Positions 1-8,953 of a DNA stretch of 12,416 nucleotides are shown in pieces (position 1 is the first letter of the stretch; the number at the start of each line of letters is the position of its first letter). Source of the stretch: Macrostomum lignano (Eukaryota); NCBI GenBank assembly GCA_002269645.1, contig NIVC01005266.1, forward strand, positions 1-12,416, given 5' to 3'. The notes beneath the pieces were generated by a model. The model saw only the letters and a list, made by a program, of their open reading frames with translations, was not told the origin of the DNA and made no database searches. Position numbers and translations under genes: made by a program.

Positions 1-900
1 CAATGCATAAACTTGCGGGCCTCTTTAGCAGGCAGTGAACGTACAATGATATTTCAATGCTTTAAATCAGAAAGTTTCAAACGCAAACTGTTGCTCGAGT
101 TTTTAACTTTGAGAGAAAAAATTAATATTGCTGGAAAGAACTTGCAAAGCTGATTTCAGGGATATAAATTGTTTGCTTTAAATATGAAAAGAAAAAGCAC
201 AGCATTGAAAAAACTATTTCCATACTTTTAACTTTCTGCAAAAATTGTACTCAGTTTTGCGAGACGTAATAGATAAAGTTTGGGGAGGGTTCAACTTCTT
301 ACTGCTGCTGTGTATTGGAGGGTTGATTTAGATTGCGCAATGTTTTTCTTAACTTTAACTGAGACTGATACTGACTGACTGTGAAATCGGTTGCGCCATC
401 AATTGTTTTTATTATCTGTGCCTTTCAATAGGCTGCCCTGTGTAATAGCCAGCCTGTGTAATGAATGAATAAATTTGCGAGCCTCTTTGGCAGGCAGTGA
501 ACGTACACGCGATATTTCAATGCCTTAAAACGGGAAACTTTCAAACGCTAACTGCTCTTCGAGTTCTAAACTTTAAAGAAGATACTTATACTGCTGAAAG
601 ATCTTGCAACGCTGAGTTCGAGGATATAAATTGTTTGCTATAAATATAAAGACTAAAAGAGAGCATCAAAAAACTATTTCCATACTTTTAGCTTTATGCA
701 AAGATTGTACTCATTTTTTGTTCAATGCCCCCAACAGTTCGGCGTTCAATTTCTAACTGACTGCGTGTTGAAAAGGGGTCGGTCTCTGTGTACTGGAGGG
801 TTGATTTTTAGATTGCGCAATCTTTTTGTAACTTTAACTGAGACTGATACTGACTGACTGAGAAATCGGTTGCGCAATCAATTGATTCAATTGGTTCAAT
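1..900 (+). repeat. Two ~460-bp central subrepeats, U0 (second copy truncated)
   Basis: Anchor AA(C/T)TTGCG(A/G)GCCTCTTT..CAGGCAGTGAACGTACA at 10 and 472 (period 462). Confidence 0.92.
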
Positions 901-932
901 TTTTTATTTGAACACGCAGCTGTGTGTAGCTT

Positions 933-968
933 TAACCCTAACCCTAACCCTAACAATAACCCTAACCA
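933..968 (-). repeat. Short interstitial telomere-like tract (TTAGGG on the minus strand)
   Basis: (TAACCC)3 TAACAA TAACCC TAACCA on +. Confidence 0.93.
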
Positions 969-992
969 ATGAATCCTGATATTTATTTTTTT

Positions 993-1150
993 GACGGAGA
1001 AAATTTCGATTGAGTCCAGTTTAAAAGAGAGAATTTCGATGGTTTTCAGTTTCACGGAAAGGATTTCGAAGGAGTCCAGTTTCACGGAGAGGATTTCGAT
1101 GGTTTTCAGTTGCACGGACAGGATTTCTGCTTCGCGGAGAGGATCTTGAT
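993..1150 (+). repeat. 30-bp minisatellite (GGATTTCGATGGTTTTCAGTTTCACGGAGA) with a 20-bp short variant, U0
   Basis: Repeat starts at 1001, 1031, 1061, 1091, 1121 and 1141. Confidence 0.92.
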
Positions 1151-1173
1151 GGATTTGGCATCTTCAATCAGTC

Positions 1174-2178
1174 AGAGAAAAGAGTAAAGAGAAGAATGAA
1201 AGCAGAAGAGAGATGAGATGATAGAAAACAGAGTAGAAATAAGTGGAGATATTAGACATGACAGATTGGAGAGAAGAGGGATTTAGGCGGGAACGAAGAG
1301 GGAGAGAGAAGAAAAGAGGAGAGACGAGAGAAAATAGATTAGGGATAAGAGCGTACAGAGAAAATAGAAGAGAGGGGAGAGTAGAGGAGAAAGAAAGAGT
1401 GAGATGAGGGGATGAGGGATGAGAGAGGAGGGAGACAGGAGAGACAAGAAAGGAGAAAAGAGGGGAGAAAGGAGAAAGGAGAGAGTAGAGACGAAGGACC
1501 AGTTAGAAGATATAAATACGGTAGTAGAGATGAGAGGAGAGATAGGAGAGAGAAGCGAGAGAAGAAGCGAGAGGAGAAGAGAAAGAGGAGAGAGGAGAGA
1601 GATGAAATAGATAAGAGAGTTAAGAGAGGAGTAGTGAGGAGAGGAGAGATGAGAGATGCGATGATAAGAGATGAGTGAGAACATAAGAGAGAGAGAGAAG
1701 AGATTAGAGAAGAGAGGGGAGAAGATAAAAGGAGCAAGGGAGGAGAAAAGAGAGAATGGAGAGGATAGAAAAGAGAGAAGAGAAGAGACAGGGAAAAGTG
1801 GAAAGGAGGAAAGAAAGATTGGAGACAAGTAAGTGGAGTGTGAGAGCGTATATGAGATATGAGAAATGAGAGCAGAGAGGAAAGAAAAGAGAAGAGAGAG
1901 AGGGTTAAGAGAGACGATAGATAAGTGAATAGGGATGACATATAAAAGAGGAGAGAAGAGGGAGAGATAAGAGAGAAGAGAGAAGACAGGAGACAGAAGT
2001 GAAGAGGAGAGATATGAGAGAAGAGAGGAGACAAGAGACAGGAGAGGGTACAGACGAAAGACGAGGGAGAAAACATAAATAAGGGAGTACGGGTAGAGAT
2101 GAGATGAGAGAGAGGAGAGAGAAGAGAGTCACGATAATAGCACAGAGTGGAGAGAGTAGATATGAGAGACGTGAGAGT
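1174..2178 (+). repeat. GA-rich polypurine low-complexity tract, type X (U0)
   Basis: The + strand is almost all A/G; for example 55 of 60 bases are purine in 1561-1620. Confidence 0.95.
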
Positions 2179-2294
2179 CTTTGAGCTATGGTCTTTGAAA
2201 GGTTTTCTAAAGAATTTGGAGACGATTTGGAAGATAGGGTTCAAGACATGGAATTTCAGTTGATGGATATTTCAGGGAATGGAATTCCGGTGAT

Positions 2295-2406
2295 GGAGTT
2301 CTTCCCCTTTCTCCTCCGAAGGAGGAGTTCCACTCGTATATACTAAAGTTGACGCGTTGTTTGTCTGTCTGTCTGTGTCTGTCTGTCATTTCGACAACTC
2401 CTCCTT
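2295..2406 (+). other. Unit junction: 3' hairpin, TTT, 5' hairpin, and an 11-bp inverted repeat enclosing the microsatellite
   Basis: GGAGTTCTTCCCC (2295-2307), TTT (2308-2310), CTCCTCC-GAA-GGAGGAG (2311-2327). AAGGAGGAGTT (2319-2329) is the reverse complement of AACTCCTCCTT (2396-2406). Confidence 0.85.
2363..2387 (+). repeat. (GTCT)n microsatellite, U1
   Basis: GTCTGTCTGTCTGTGTCTGTCTGTC read directly. Confidence 0.95.
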
Positions 2407-2714
2407 GAATAGTGCAACTCAGCGTTGAAACTTATATGGGAAGATTGGAAATTATCCGAGGTCGGCTATAGGCTATTTTAATACTGAAATTTTAATTTCT
2501 AAGATCCTCAAAAAAGCAGAAAACTTGAATCTTGACCTTTGATAATCTTAATTGTCCCCTCTTTCTGCTTGGAGCTGAAAAAATGCATGAATTTTTAGTG
2601 ATTGCGCCACAACTTTTCCCTATCTCTGTAGTGTATTTTCTTTCCAGTGGGAGGTGGGAGCGTTCTCAGTGGCTGCGTGTGTACACTTGGACCCTAGCTA
2701 ACTGGCGACAGTGA

Positions 2715-3640
2715 AATTTAATGCATCAACTTGCGAGCCTCTTAGCAGGCAGTGAACGTACACTCGATATTTCAATGCTTTAAATCAAAGTTTCAAATGC
2801 TAACTGTTGCTCGATTTTTGAACTTTGAGAGGAGAGACTATATATTGCTGAAAGGTCTTGCAACGCTGAGTTCAGGGATATAAGTTGTTTGCTTTAACTG
2901 TAAAAATTAAAAGCATGCATTCAAAAACGATTTCATTACTTTTAATTTTAACTTGCTGCAAAGATTGTACTTATTTTTGCGATAGGTAGAGATAAATTTG
3001 GGGGGGTTCAATTGCTAATTGCCACTGCGTAGTGGAAGGCGGTCAGGGCGCTGTGTATTAGACGGCTGATTTAGATTGCGCAATGTTTTTTCTTAACTTT
3101 AACTGAGACTGATTCTGACTGACTGTGAAATCGGTTGCGCCATCAATTTGTTTTATTATCTGTGCCTTTCAATTAGGCTGCCCTGTGTAGTAGCCGGCCT
3201 GTGTAATGAATGAGACAAACTTGCGAGCCTCTTTGGCAGGCAGGAACGTACACTCGATGGTTCAATGCTTTAAAACGGGAACTTTCAAACGCTAACTGCT
3301 CTTCGAGTTCTAAACTTTGAAAGAAGAGACTTATCTGCTGAAAAGATCTTGCAACACTGAGTTCGAGGATATAAATTGTTTGCTTTAAATATAAAGACTA
3401 AAGCACAGCATACAAAAACTATTTCCATACTTTTAGCTTTCTGCAAAGATTGTACTCATTTTTAGTTCATGCCCCCAACCCCGGGTTCAATTTCTAACTG
3501 CCACTGCGTATTGAAAAGGGGTCGGTCACTGTGTACTGGAGGGTTGATTTAAATTGCGCAATCTTTTTTAACTTTAACTGAGACTGATACTGACTGACTG
3601 TGAAATCGGTTGCGCAATCAATTGATTCAATTGTTCAATT
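2715..3640 (+). repeat. Two ~490-bp central subrepeats, U1
   Basis: Anchor AACTTGC at 2728 and 3218 (period 490). Confidence 0.92.
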
Positions 3641-3671
3641 TTTTATTTGGACACGCAGCTGTGTGTAGCTC

Positions 3672-3707
3672 TAACCCTAACCCTAACCCTAACAATAACC
3701 CTAAACC
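3672..3707 (-). repeat. Short interstitial telomere-like tract
   Basis: (TAACCC)3 TAACAA TAACCC TAAACC on +. Confidence 0.93.
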
Positions 3708-3734
3708 AATGAATCCTGATATTTTATTCTTTTT

Positions 3735-3910
3735 GACGGAGAAAATTTCGATTGAGTCCAGTTTAAAAGAGAGAATTTCGATGGTTTTCAGTTTCACGAG
3801 AGGATTTCTGTTTTGCGGAGAGGATTTCGATGGTATTTCAGTTTCACGAAGAGGATGTCGATGGTTTTCAGTTGCACAGACAAGATTTCTGCTTCGCGGA
3901 GAGGATCTTG
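3735..3910 (+). repeat. 30/20-bp minisatellite, U1
   Basis: Same consensus; order long-long-short-long-long-short. Confidence 0.9.
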
Positions 3911-3970
3911 ATGGATTTAAGATGGATTTTAAGATGGATTTTAAGATGGATGGATTAAAGATAGATTTGA
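3910..3970 (+). repeat. 12-bp repeat (GATGGATTTTAA)n, specific to U1/U3
   Basis: GATGGATTTAA GATGGATTTTAA GATGGATTTTAA GATG GATGGATTAAA GATAGATTTGA. Confidence 0.9.
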
Positions 3971-4500
3971 GATAATAAGAGAGAGAATAGATGAGGGATA
4001 AGAGCATCCAGAGGAATAGAAGAGAGGGAGTGTAGAGAGAACAAAAGAGTGAGATGGGGGATGAGAAATGAGAGAGGAGGGGAGAGAGAAGAGAGGAGAA
4101 AAGAGGGAGAAAGGAGACAGGAGAGAGTACAGAGAGAAAGACCAGGGAGAAGATTTAAATAAGGTAGTAGAGATGAGAGGAGAGAGAGGAGAGAGAAGCG
4201 AAAGGAGAAGAAAGAGAGGAGAGCGGAGAGAGATGAAAGATCAGAGATAAGAGAGTGTAGAGAGGAAAGTAGTGAGGAGAGGAGAGATGAGAGATGCGAT
4301 AAAAAGAGATGAGTGAGAACATAAGAGAGAAGAGATTAGAGATTAGAGAAGAGAGGGGAGAAGATGACAGGAGCAATGAAGAGGATAGAAAAGAGAGAAG
4401 AGAAGAGACAGGGGATAGTGGAAAGGAGTAAAGAAGGATATGAGACAAGAAAGTAGAGTGTGAGAGCGTATATGAGATATGAGAAATGAGAGCAGAGAGG

Positions 4501-4532
<32 letters not shown>

Positions 4533-4804
4533 GGTTAAGAGAGACGATAGATAAGTGAGTAGAGATGACATATGAGAGAGGAGAGAAGAGGAGAGATAAG
4601 AGAGAAGAGAGGAGACAAGAGACAGAAGTGAAGAGGAGAGATATGAGAGAAGAGAGGAGACAAGAGACAGGAGAGGTACAGACGAAAGACGAGGGAGAAG
4701 ACATAAATAAGGAAGTAGGGGTAGAGATGAGATGAGAGAGAGGAGAGAGAAGAGAGTCACGATAATAACAAAGAGAGGAGAGAGGAGATATGAGAGACAT
4801 GAAA
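3960..4804 (+). repeat. GA-rich polypurine tract, type Y (U1)
   Basis: Homologous to type X from GATAAGAGC onward. Confidence 0.95.
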
Positions 4805-4922
4805 GTCTTTGAGCTATGGTCTTTAAAAGGTTTTGCAAAAAATTTGGAGAAGATTTGGAAGATAGGGTTCAAGACATGGAATTTCAGTTGATGGATATTT
4901 CAGGAAATGGAATTCCGGTGAT

Positions 4923-5057
4923 GGAAGTTCTTCCCCTTTCACCTCCGAAGGAGGAGTTCCACTCGTATATACTAAAGTTGACGCGTTGTTTGTCTGTCTG
5001 TATGTCTGTCTGTATGTCTGTCTGTATGTCTGTCTGTCATTTCGACAACTCCTCCTT
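4923..5057 (+). other. Unit junction (U1/U2)
   Basis: GGAAG-TT-CTTCC (4923-4934), TTT (4937-4939), CACCTCC-GAA-GGAGGAG (4940-4956, one mismatch), inverted repeat 4948-4958 / 5047-5057. Confidence 0.85.
4992..5038 (+). repeat. (GTCTGTCTGTAT)3 + GTCTGTCTGTC microsatellite, U2
   Basis: 12-bp period read directly. Confidence 0.95.
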
Positions 5058-5355
5058 GAATAGTGCCAACTCAGCGTTGAAACTTATATGGGAAGATTGG
5101 AAATTATCCGAGGTCGGCTATAGGCTATTTTAATTCTGAAATTTTAATTTCTAAGATCCTCAAAAAAGCAGAAAACTTGAATCTTGACCTTTGATAATCC
5201 TAATTGTCCCCTCTTTCTGCTTGGAGCTGAAAAATGCATGAATTTTTAGTGATTGCGCCACAACTTTTCCCTATCTCTGTAGTGTATTTTCTTTCCAGTG
5301 GGGGTTGGGAGCGTTCTCAGTGGCTGCGTGTGTACACTTGGACCCTGGCTCACTG

Positions 5356-5865
5356 GCTGACTGTATAGATAATTGCGCAATGATATGGCTACTGATAAGT
5401 TTTCCTGCCTTTCAATGGGCAGCCCTGTGTATTTGTTGGACATTGAAATTCAATGCATCAACTTGCAAGCAGGCAGTCAACGTACACTCGATACTTCAAT
5501 GCAATAAATCAGACAGTTTTAAACGCTAACTGTTCCTCGAGTTTTAAACTTTGATAGGAGAAACTGATATTGCTGGAAAGATCTTGCAACGCTGAGTTCG
5601 GGGATATAAGTTGTTTGCTTTAAATATGAAAAGAAAAAGCACAGCATTTGAAAAACTATTTCCATACTTTTAACTTGCTGCAAAGATTGTACTCAGTTTT
5701 GCGAGACGTAATAGATAAATCTGGGGGGAGGGTTCAACTTCTCACTGCTGCTGTGTATTGGAGGGTTGATTTAGATTGCGCAATGCTTTTGTTAACTTTA
5801 ACTGAGACTGATACTGACTGACTGTGAAATCGGTTGCGCAATGAATTGATTCAATTAGTTCAATC
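5356..5865 (+). repeat. One central subrepeat plus a ~90-bp remnant of a preceding copy, U2
   Basis: Anchor at 5460. The upstream CTGACTGT..TTGCGCAAT..GCCTTTCAAT..GCCCTGTGTA resembles the subrepeat 3' end. Confidence 0.88.
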
Positions 5866-5898
5866 AGTTGTCTTTTAACACGATGCTGTGCGTAGTTC

Positions 5899-5922
5899 TA
5901 ACCCTAACCCTAACCCTAACCA
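5899..5922 (-). repeat. Short interstitial telomere-like tract
   Basis: (TAACCC)3 TAACCA on +. Confidence 0.92.
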
Positions 5923-5947
5923 ATGAATCCGGAGAGTTGAGTTGTTT

Positions 5948-6120
5948 GACGGAAAAAATTCGATTAAGTCCAGTTTAGCGGACGATTTCAATGTTTTAAT
6001 TTTGACGGAGAGGATTTCTGTTTCGTGGAGAGGATTTCGATGGTGTTCAGTTTCACGGAGAGGATTTCGATGGTTTTCAGTTGCACGGACAGGATTTCTG
6101 CTTTGCGGAGAGGATCTTGA
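5948..6120 (+). repeat. 30/20-bp minisatellite, U2
   Basis: Same consensus; the first two units are degenerate. Confidence 0.9.
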
Positions 6121-6144
6121 TAGATTTGGCATCTTCAATTAGTC

Positions 6145-7153
6145 AGAGAAGAGAGTAAAGAGAAGAATGAAAAGAGAAGAGAGATGAGATGATAGAAAAC
6201 AGAGTAGAAATGAGTGGAGAGATTAGACATGACAGATGGGAGAGAAGAGGGGATTTAGGCGGGAACGAAGAGGGAGAGAGAAGAAAAGAGGAGAGACGAG
6301 AGAAAATAGATTAGTGATAAGAGCGTACAGAGAAAATAGAAGAGAGGGGAGAGTAGAGGAGAAAGAAAGAGTGAGATGAGGGGATGAGGGATGAGAGAGG
6401 AGGGGAGACAGGAGAGACAAGAAAGGAGAAAAGAGGGGAGAAAGGAGAAAGGAGAGAGTAGAGACGAAGGACCAGTTAGAAGATATAAATACGGTAGTAG
6501 AGATGAGAGGAGAGATAGGAGAGAGAAGCGAGAGAAGAAGCGAGAGGAGAAGAGAAAGAGGAGAGAGGAGAGAGATGAAATAGATAAGAGAGTTAAGAGA
6601 GGAGAGTAGTGAGGAGAGGAGAGATGAGAGATGCGATGATAAGAGATGAGTGAGAACATAAGAGAGAAGAGAGAAGAGATTAGAGAAGAGAGGGGAGAAG
6701 ATAAAAGGAGCAAGGGGAGGAGAAAAGAGAGAATGGAGAGGATAGAAAAGAGAGAAGAGAAGAGACAGGGAAAAGTGGAAAGGAGGAAAGAAAGATTGGA
6801 GACAAGTAAGTGGAGTGTGAGAGCGTATATGAGATATGAGAAATGAGAGCAGAGAGGAAAGAAAAGAGAAGAGAGAGAGGGTTAAGAGAGACGATAGATA
6901 AGTGAATAGGGATGACATATAAAAGAGGAGAGAAGAGGGAGAGATAAGAGAGAAGAGAGAAGACAGGAGACAGAAGTGAAAAGGAGAGATATGAGAGAAG
7001 AGAGGAGACAAGAGACAGGAGAGGGTACAGACGAAAGACGAGGGAGAAAACATAAATAAGGGAGTACGGGTAGAGATGAGATGAGAGAGAGGAGAGAGAA
7101 GAGAGTCACGATAATAGCACAGAGTGGAGAGAGTAGATATGAGAGACGTGAGA
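6145..7153 (+). repeat. GA-rich polypurine tract, type X (U2)
   Basis: Near-identical to 1282-2178 after position 6253. Confidence 0.95.
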
Positions 7154-7271
7154 GTCTTTGAGCTATGGTCTTTGAAAGGTTTTCTAAAGAATTTGGAGAC
7201 GATTTGGAAGATAGGGTTCAAGACATGGAATTTCAGTTGATGGATATTTCAGGGAATGGAATTCCGGTGAT

Positions 7272-7380
7272 GGGAGTTCTTCCCCTTTCTCCTCCGAAGG
7301 AGGAGTTCCACTCGTAAATATACTAAAGTTGACGCGTTGTTTGTCTGTCTGTGTGTCTGTCATTTCGACAACTCCTCCTT
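7272..7380 (+). other. Unit junction (U2/U3)
   Basis: GGGAGTTCTTCCC (7272-7284), TTT (7286-7288), hairpin 7289-7305, inverted repeat 7297-7307 / 7370-7380. Confidence 0.85.
7343..7361 (+). repeat. Short GTCT/GT microsatellite, U3
   Basis: GTCTGTCTGTGTGTCTGTC read directly. Confidence 0.9.
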
Positions 7381-7689
7381 GAATAGTGGCAACTCAGCGT
7401 TGAAACTTATATGGGAAGATTGGAAATTATCCGAGGTCGGCTATAGGCTATTTTAATACTGAAATTTTAATTTCTAAGATCCTCAAAAAAGCAGAAAACT
7501 TGAATCTTGACCTTTGATAATCTTAATTGTCCCCTCTTTCTGCTTGGAGCTGAAAAAATGCATGAATTTTTAGTGATTGCGCCACAACTTTTCCCTATCT
7601 CTGTAGTGTATTTTCTTTCCAGTGGGAGGTGGGAGCGTTCTCAGTGGCTGCGTGTGTACACTTGGACCCTAGCTAACTGGCGGACAGTG

Positions 7690-8625
7690 AAATTCAATGC
7701 ATCAACTTGCGAGCCTCTTTAGCAGGCAGTGAACGTACACTCGATATTTCAATGCTTTAAATCAAAAAGTTTCAAATGCTAACTGTTGCTCGATTTTTGA
7801 ACTTTGAGAGGAGAGACTTATATTGCTGAAAAGGTCTTGCAACGCTGAGTTCAGGGATATAAGTTGTTTGCTTTAACTGTAAAAATTAAAAGCACATCAT
7901 TCAAAAAACGATTTCATTACTTTTAATTTTAACTTGCTGCAAAGATTGTACTTATTTTTGCGATAGGTCAGAGATAAATTTGGGGGGGTTCAATTGCTAA
8001 TTGCCACTGCGTAGTGGAAGGCGGTCAGGCGCTGTGTATTAGACGGCTGATTTAGATTGCGCAATGTTTTTCTTAACTTTAACTGAGACTGATTCTGACT
8101 GACTGTGAAATCGGTTGCGCCATCAATTTGTTTTATTATCTGTGCCTTTCAATAGGCTGCCCTGTGTAGTAGCCGGCCTGTGTAATGAATGAACAAACTT
8201 GCGAGCCTCTTTGGCAGGCAGTGAACGTACACTCGATGGTTCAATGCTTTAAAACGGGAACTTTCAAACGCTAACTGCTCTTCGAGTTCTAAACTTTAAG
8301 AGAAGAGACTTATGCTGCTGAAAAGATCTTGCAACACTGAGTTCGAGGATATAAATTGTTTGCTTTAAATATAAAGACTAAAAGCACAGCATACAAAAAC
8401 TATTTCCATACTTTTAGCTTTCTGCAAAGATTGTACTCATTTTTAGTTCAATGCCCCCAACACCCGGGTTCAATTTCTAACTGCCACTGCGTATTGAAAA
8501 GGGGTCGGTCACTGTGTACTGGAGGGTTGATTTAAATTGCGCAATCTTTTTTAACTTTAACTGAGACTGATACTGACTGACTGTGAAATCGGTTGCGCAA
8601 TCAATTGATTCAATTGGTTCAATTT
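7690..8625 (+). repeat. Two ~490-bp central subrepeats, U3
   Basis: Anchor at 7704 and 8196 (period 492). Confidence 0.92.
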
Positions 8626-8655
8626 TTTATTTGGACACGCAGCTGTGTGTAGCTC

Positions 8656-8691
8656 TAACCCTAACCCTAACCCTAACAATAACCCTAACCA
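8656..8691 (-). repeat. Short interstitial telomere-like tract
   Basis: (TAACCC)3 TAACAA TAACCC TAACCA on +. Confidence 0.93.
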
Positions 8692-8717
8692 ATGAATCCT
8701 GATATTTTATTCTTTTT

Positions 8718-8892
8718 GACGGAGAAAATTTCGATTGAGTCCAGTTTAAAAGAGAGAATTTCGATGGTTTTCAGTTTCACGAAGAGGATTTCTGTTTTGC
8801 GGAGAGGATTTCGATGGTATTCAGTTTCACGAAGAGGATGTCGATGGTTTTCAGTTGCACAGACAAGATTTCTGCTTCGCGGAGAGGATCTT
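8718..8892 (+). repeat. 30/20-bp minisatellite, U3
   Basis: Matches U1. Confidence 0.9.
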
Positions 8893-8953
8893 GATGGATT
8901 TAAGATGGATTTTAAGATGGATTTTAAGATGGATGGATTTAAGATAGATTTGA
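8893..8953 (+). repeat. 12-bp repeat (GATGGATTTTAA)n, U3
   Basis: Matches U1. Confidence 0.9.

Larger units (their letters stand above)
1..2307 (+). mobile_element. Unit U0 (5'-truncated by the window); putative non-autonomous Helentron/HINE-like element
   Basis: Two subrepeats, TAACCC tract, 30-bp minisatellite, GA tract type X, and a terminal GGAGTTCTTCCCC before TTT at 2308. The repeat unit is certain; the mobile-element class is inferred. Confidence 0.45.
2308..4936 (+). mobile_element. Unit U1 (2629 bp); putative non-autonomous Helentron/HINE-like element
   Basis: TTT, then hairpin CTCCTCC-GAA-GGAGGAG (2311-2327), GTCT microsatellite (2363-2387), central subrepeats and a 3' hairpin GGAAG-TT-CTTCC (4923-4934). 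No coding capacity. Confidence 0.5.
1282..6253 (+). repeat. Copy 1 of a recent ~4.98 kb tandem duplication
   Basis: Near-identical to 6254-11237. GAGCTATGG lies at 2183 and 7160 (offset 4977) and at 4811 and 9799 (offset 4988). Confidence 0.85.
4937..7285 (+). mobile_element. Unit U2 (2349 bp); putative HINE-like element, chimera of U4-left and U0-right
   Basis: Same termini as U1 with one full subrepeat. It carries U4 alleles up to 6238 and U0 alleles from 6254. Confidence 0.5.

Noticed and set aside
933-968. A true telomere or chromosome end
   Set aside because: The tracts have only 3-6 hexamers and are embedded internally in every unit.
834-1115. ORFs over the telomere-like tract and minisatellite (LGLGLG, NPNPN, EILSVKL repeats; also 3610-4007, 5875-6142, 8685-8990)
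   Set aside because: The periodic peptides simply reflect 6-bp and 30-bp DNA repeats, and the frames differ among units.
993-1150. 30-bp periodic array as a CRISPR array
   Set aside because: There are no unique spacers, the units are contiguous and degenerate, and there are no cas genes. The context looks eukaryotic.
1738-1750. GGGAGGAGAAAAG in the purine tract as the missing 3' subTIR
   Set aside because: This match is expected by chance in GA-rich sequence. It lies about 550 bp from the unit end and is not kept in the type Y tract.
2338-2351. ATATACTAAAGTTG resembles U6 snRNA ATATACTAAAATTG
   Set aside because: It is only a 13/14 match. There is no U6 5' stem-loop, no ACAGAGA box at the right distance and no downstream U6 sequence.
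2657-3495. tRNA/SINE-like Pol III boxes (CTCAGTGG near 2665; GAGTTCGAGG near 3360; CCGGGTTCAAT near 3481)
   Set aside because: A-like and B-like boxes are not properly spaced or paired, and no cloverleaf can be formed.
4816-5133. ORFs crossing the unit junction (MVFKRFCKK..., also 9804-10181)
   Set aside because: The CMSV repeats come from the microsatellite. The frame is not kept in the other units or between the two duplicates, and no domain is recognisable.
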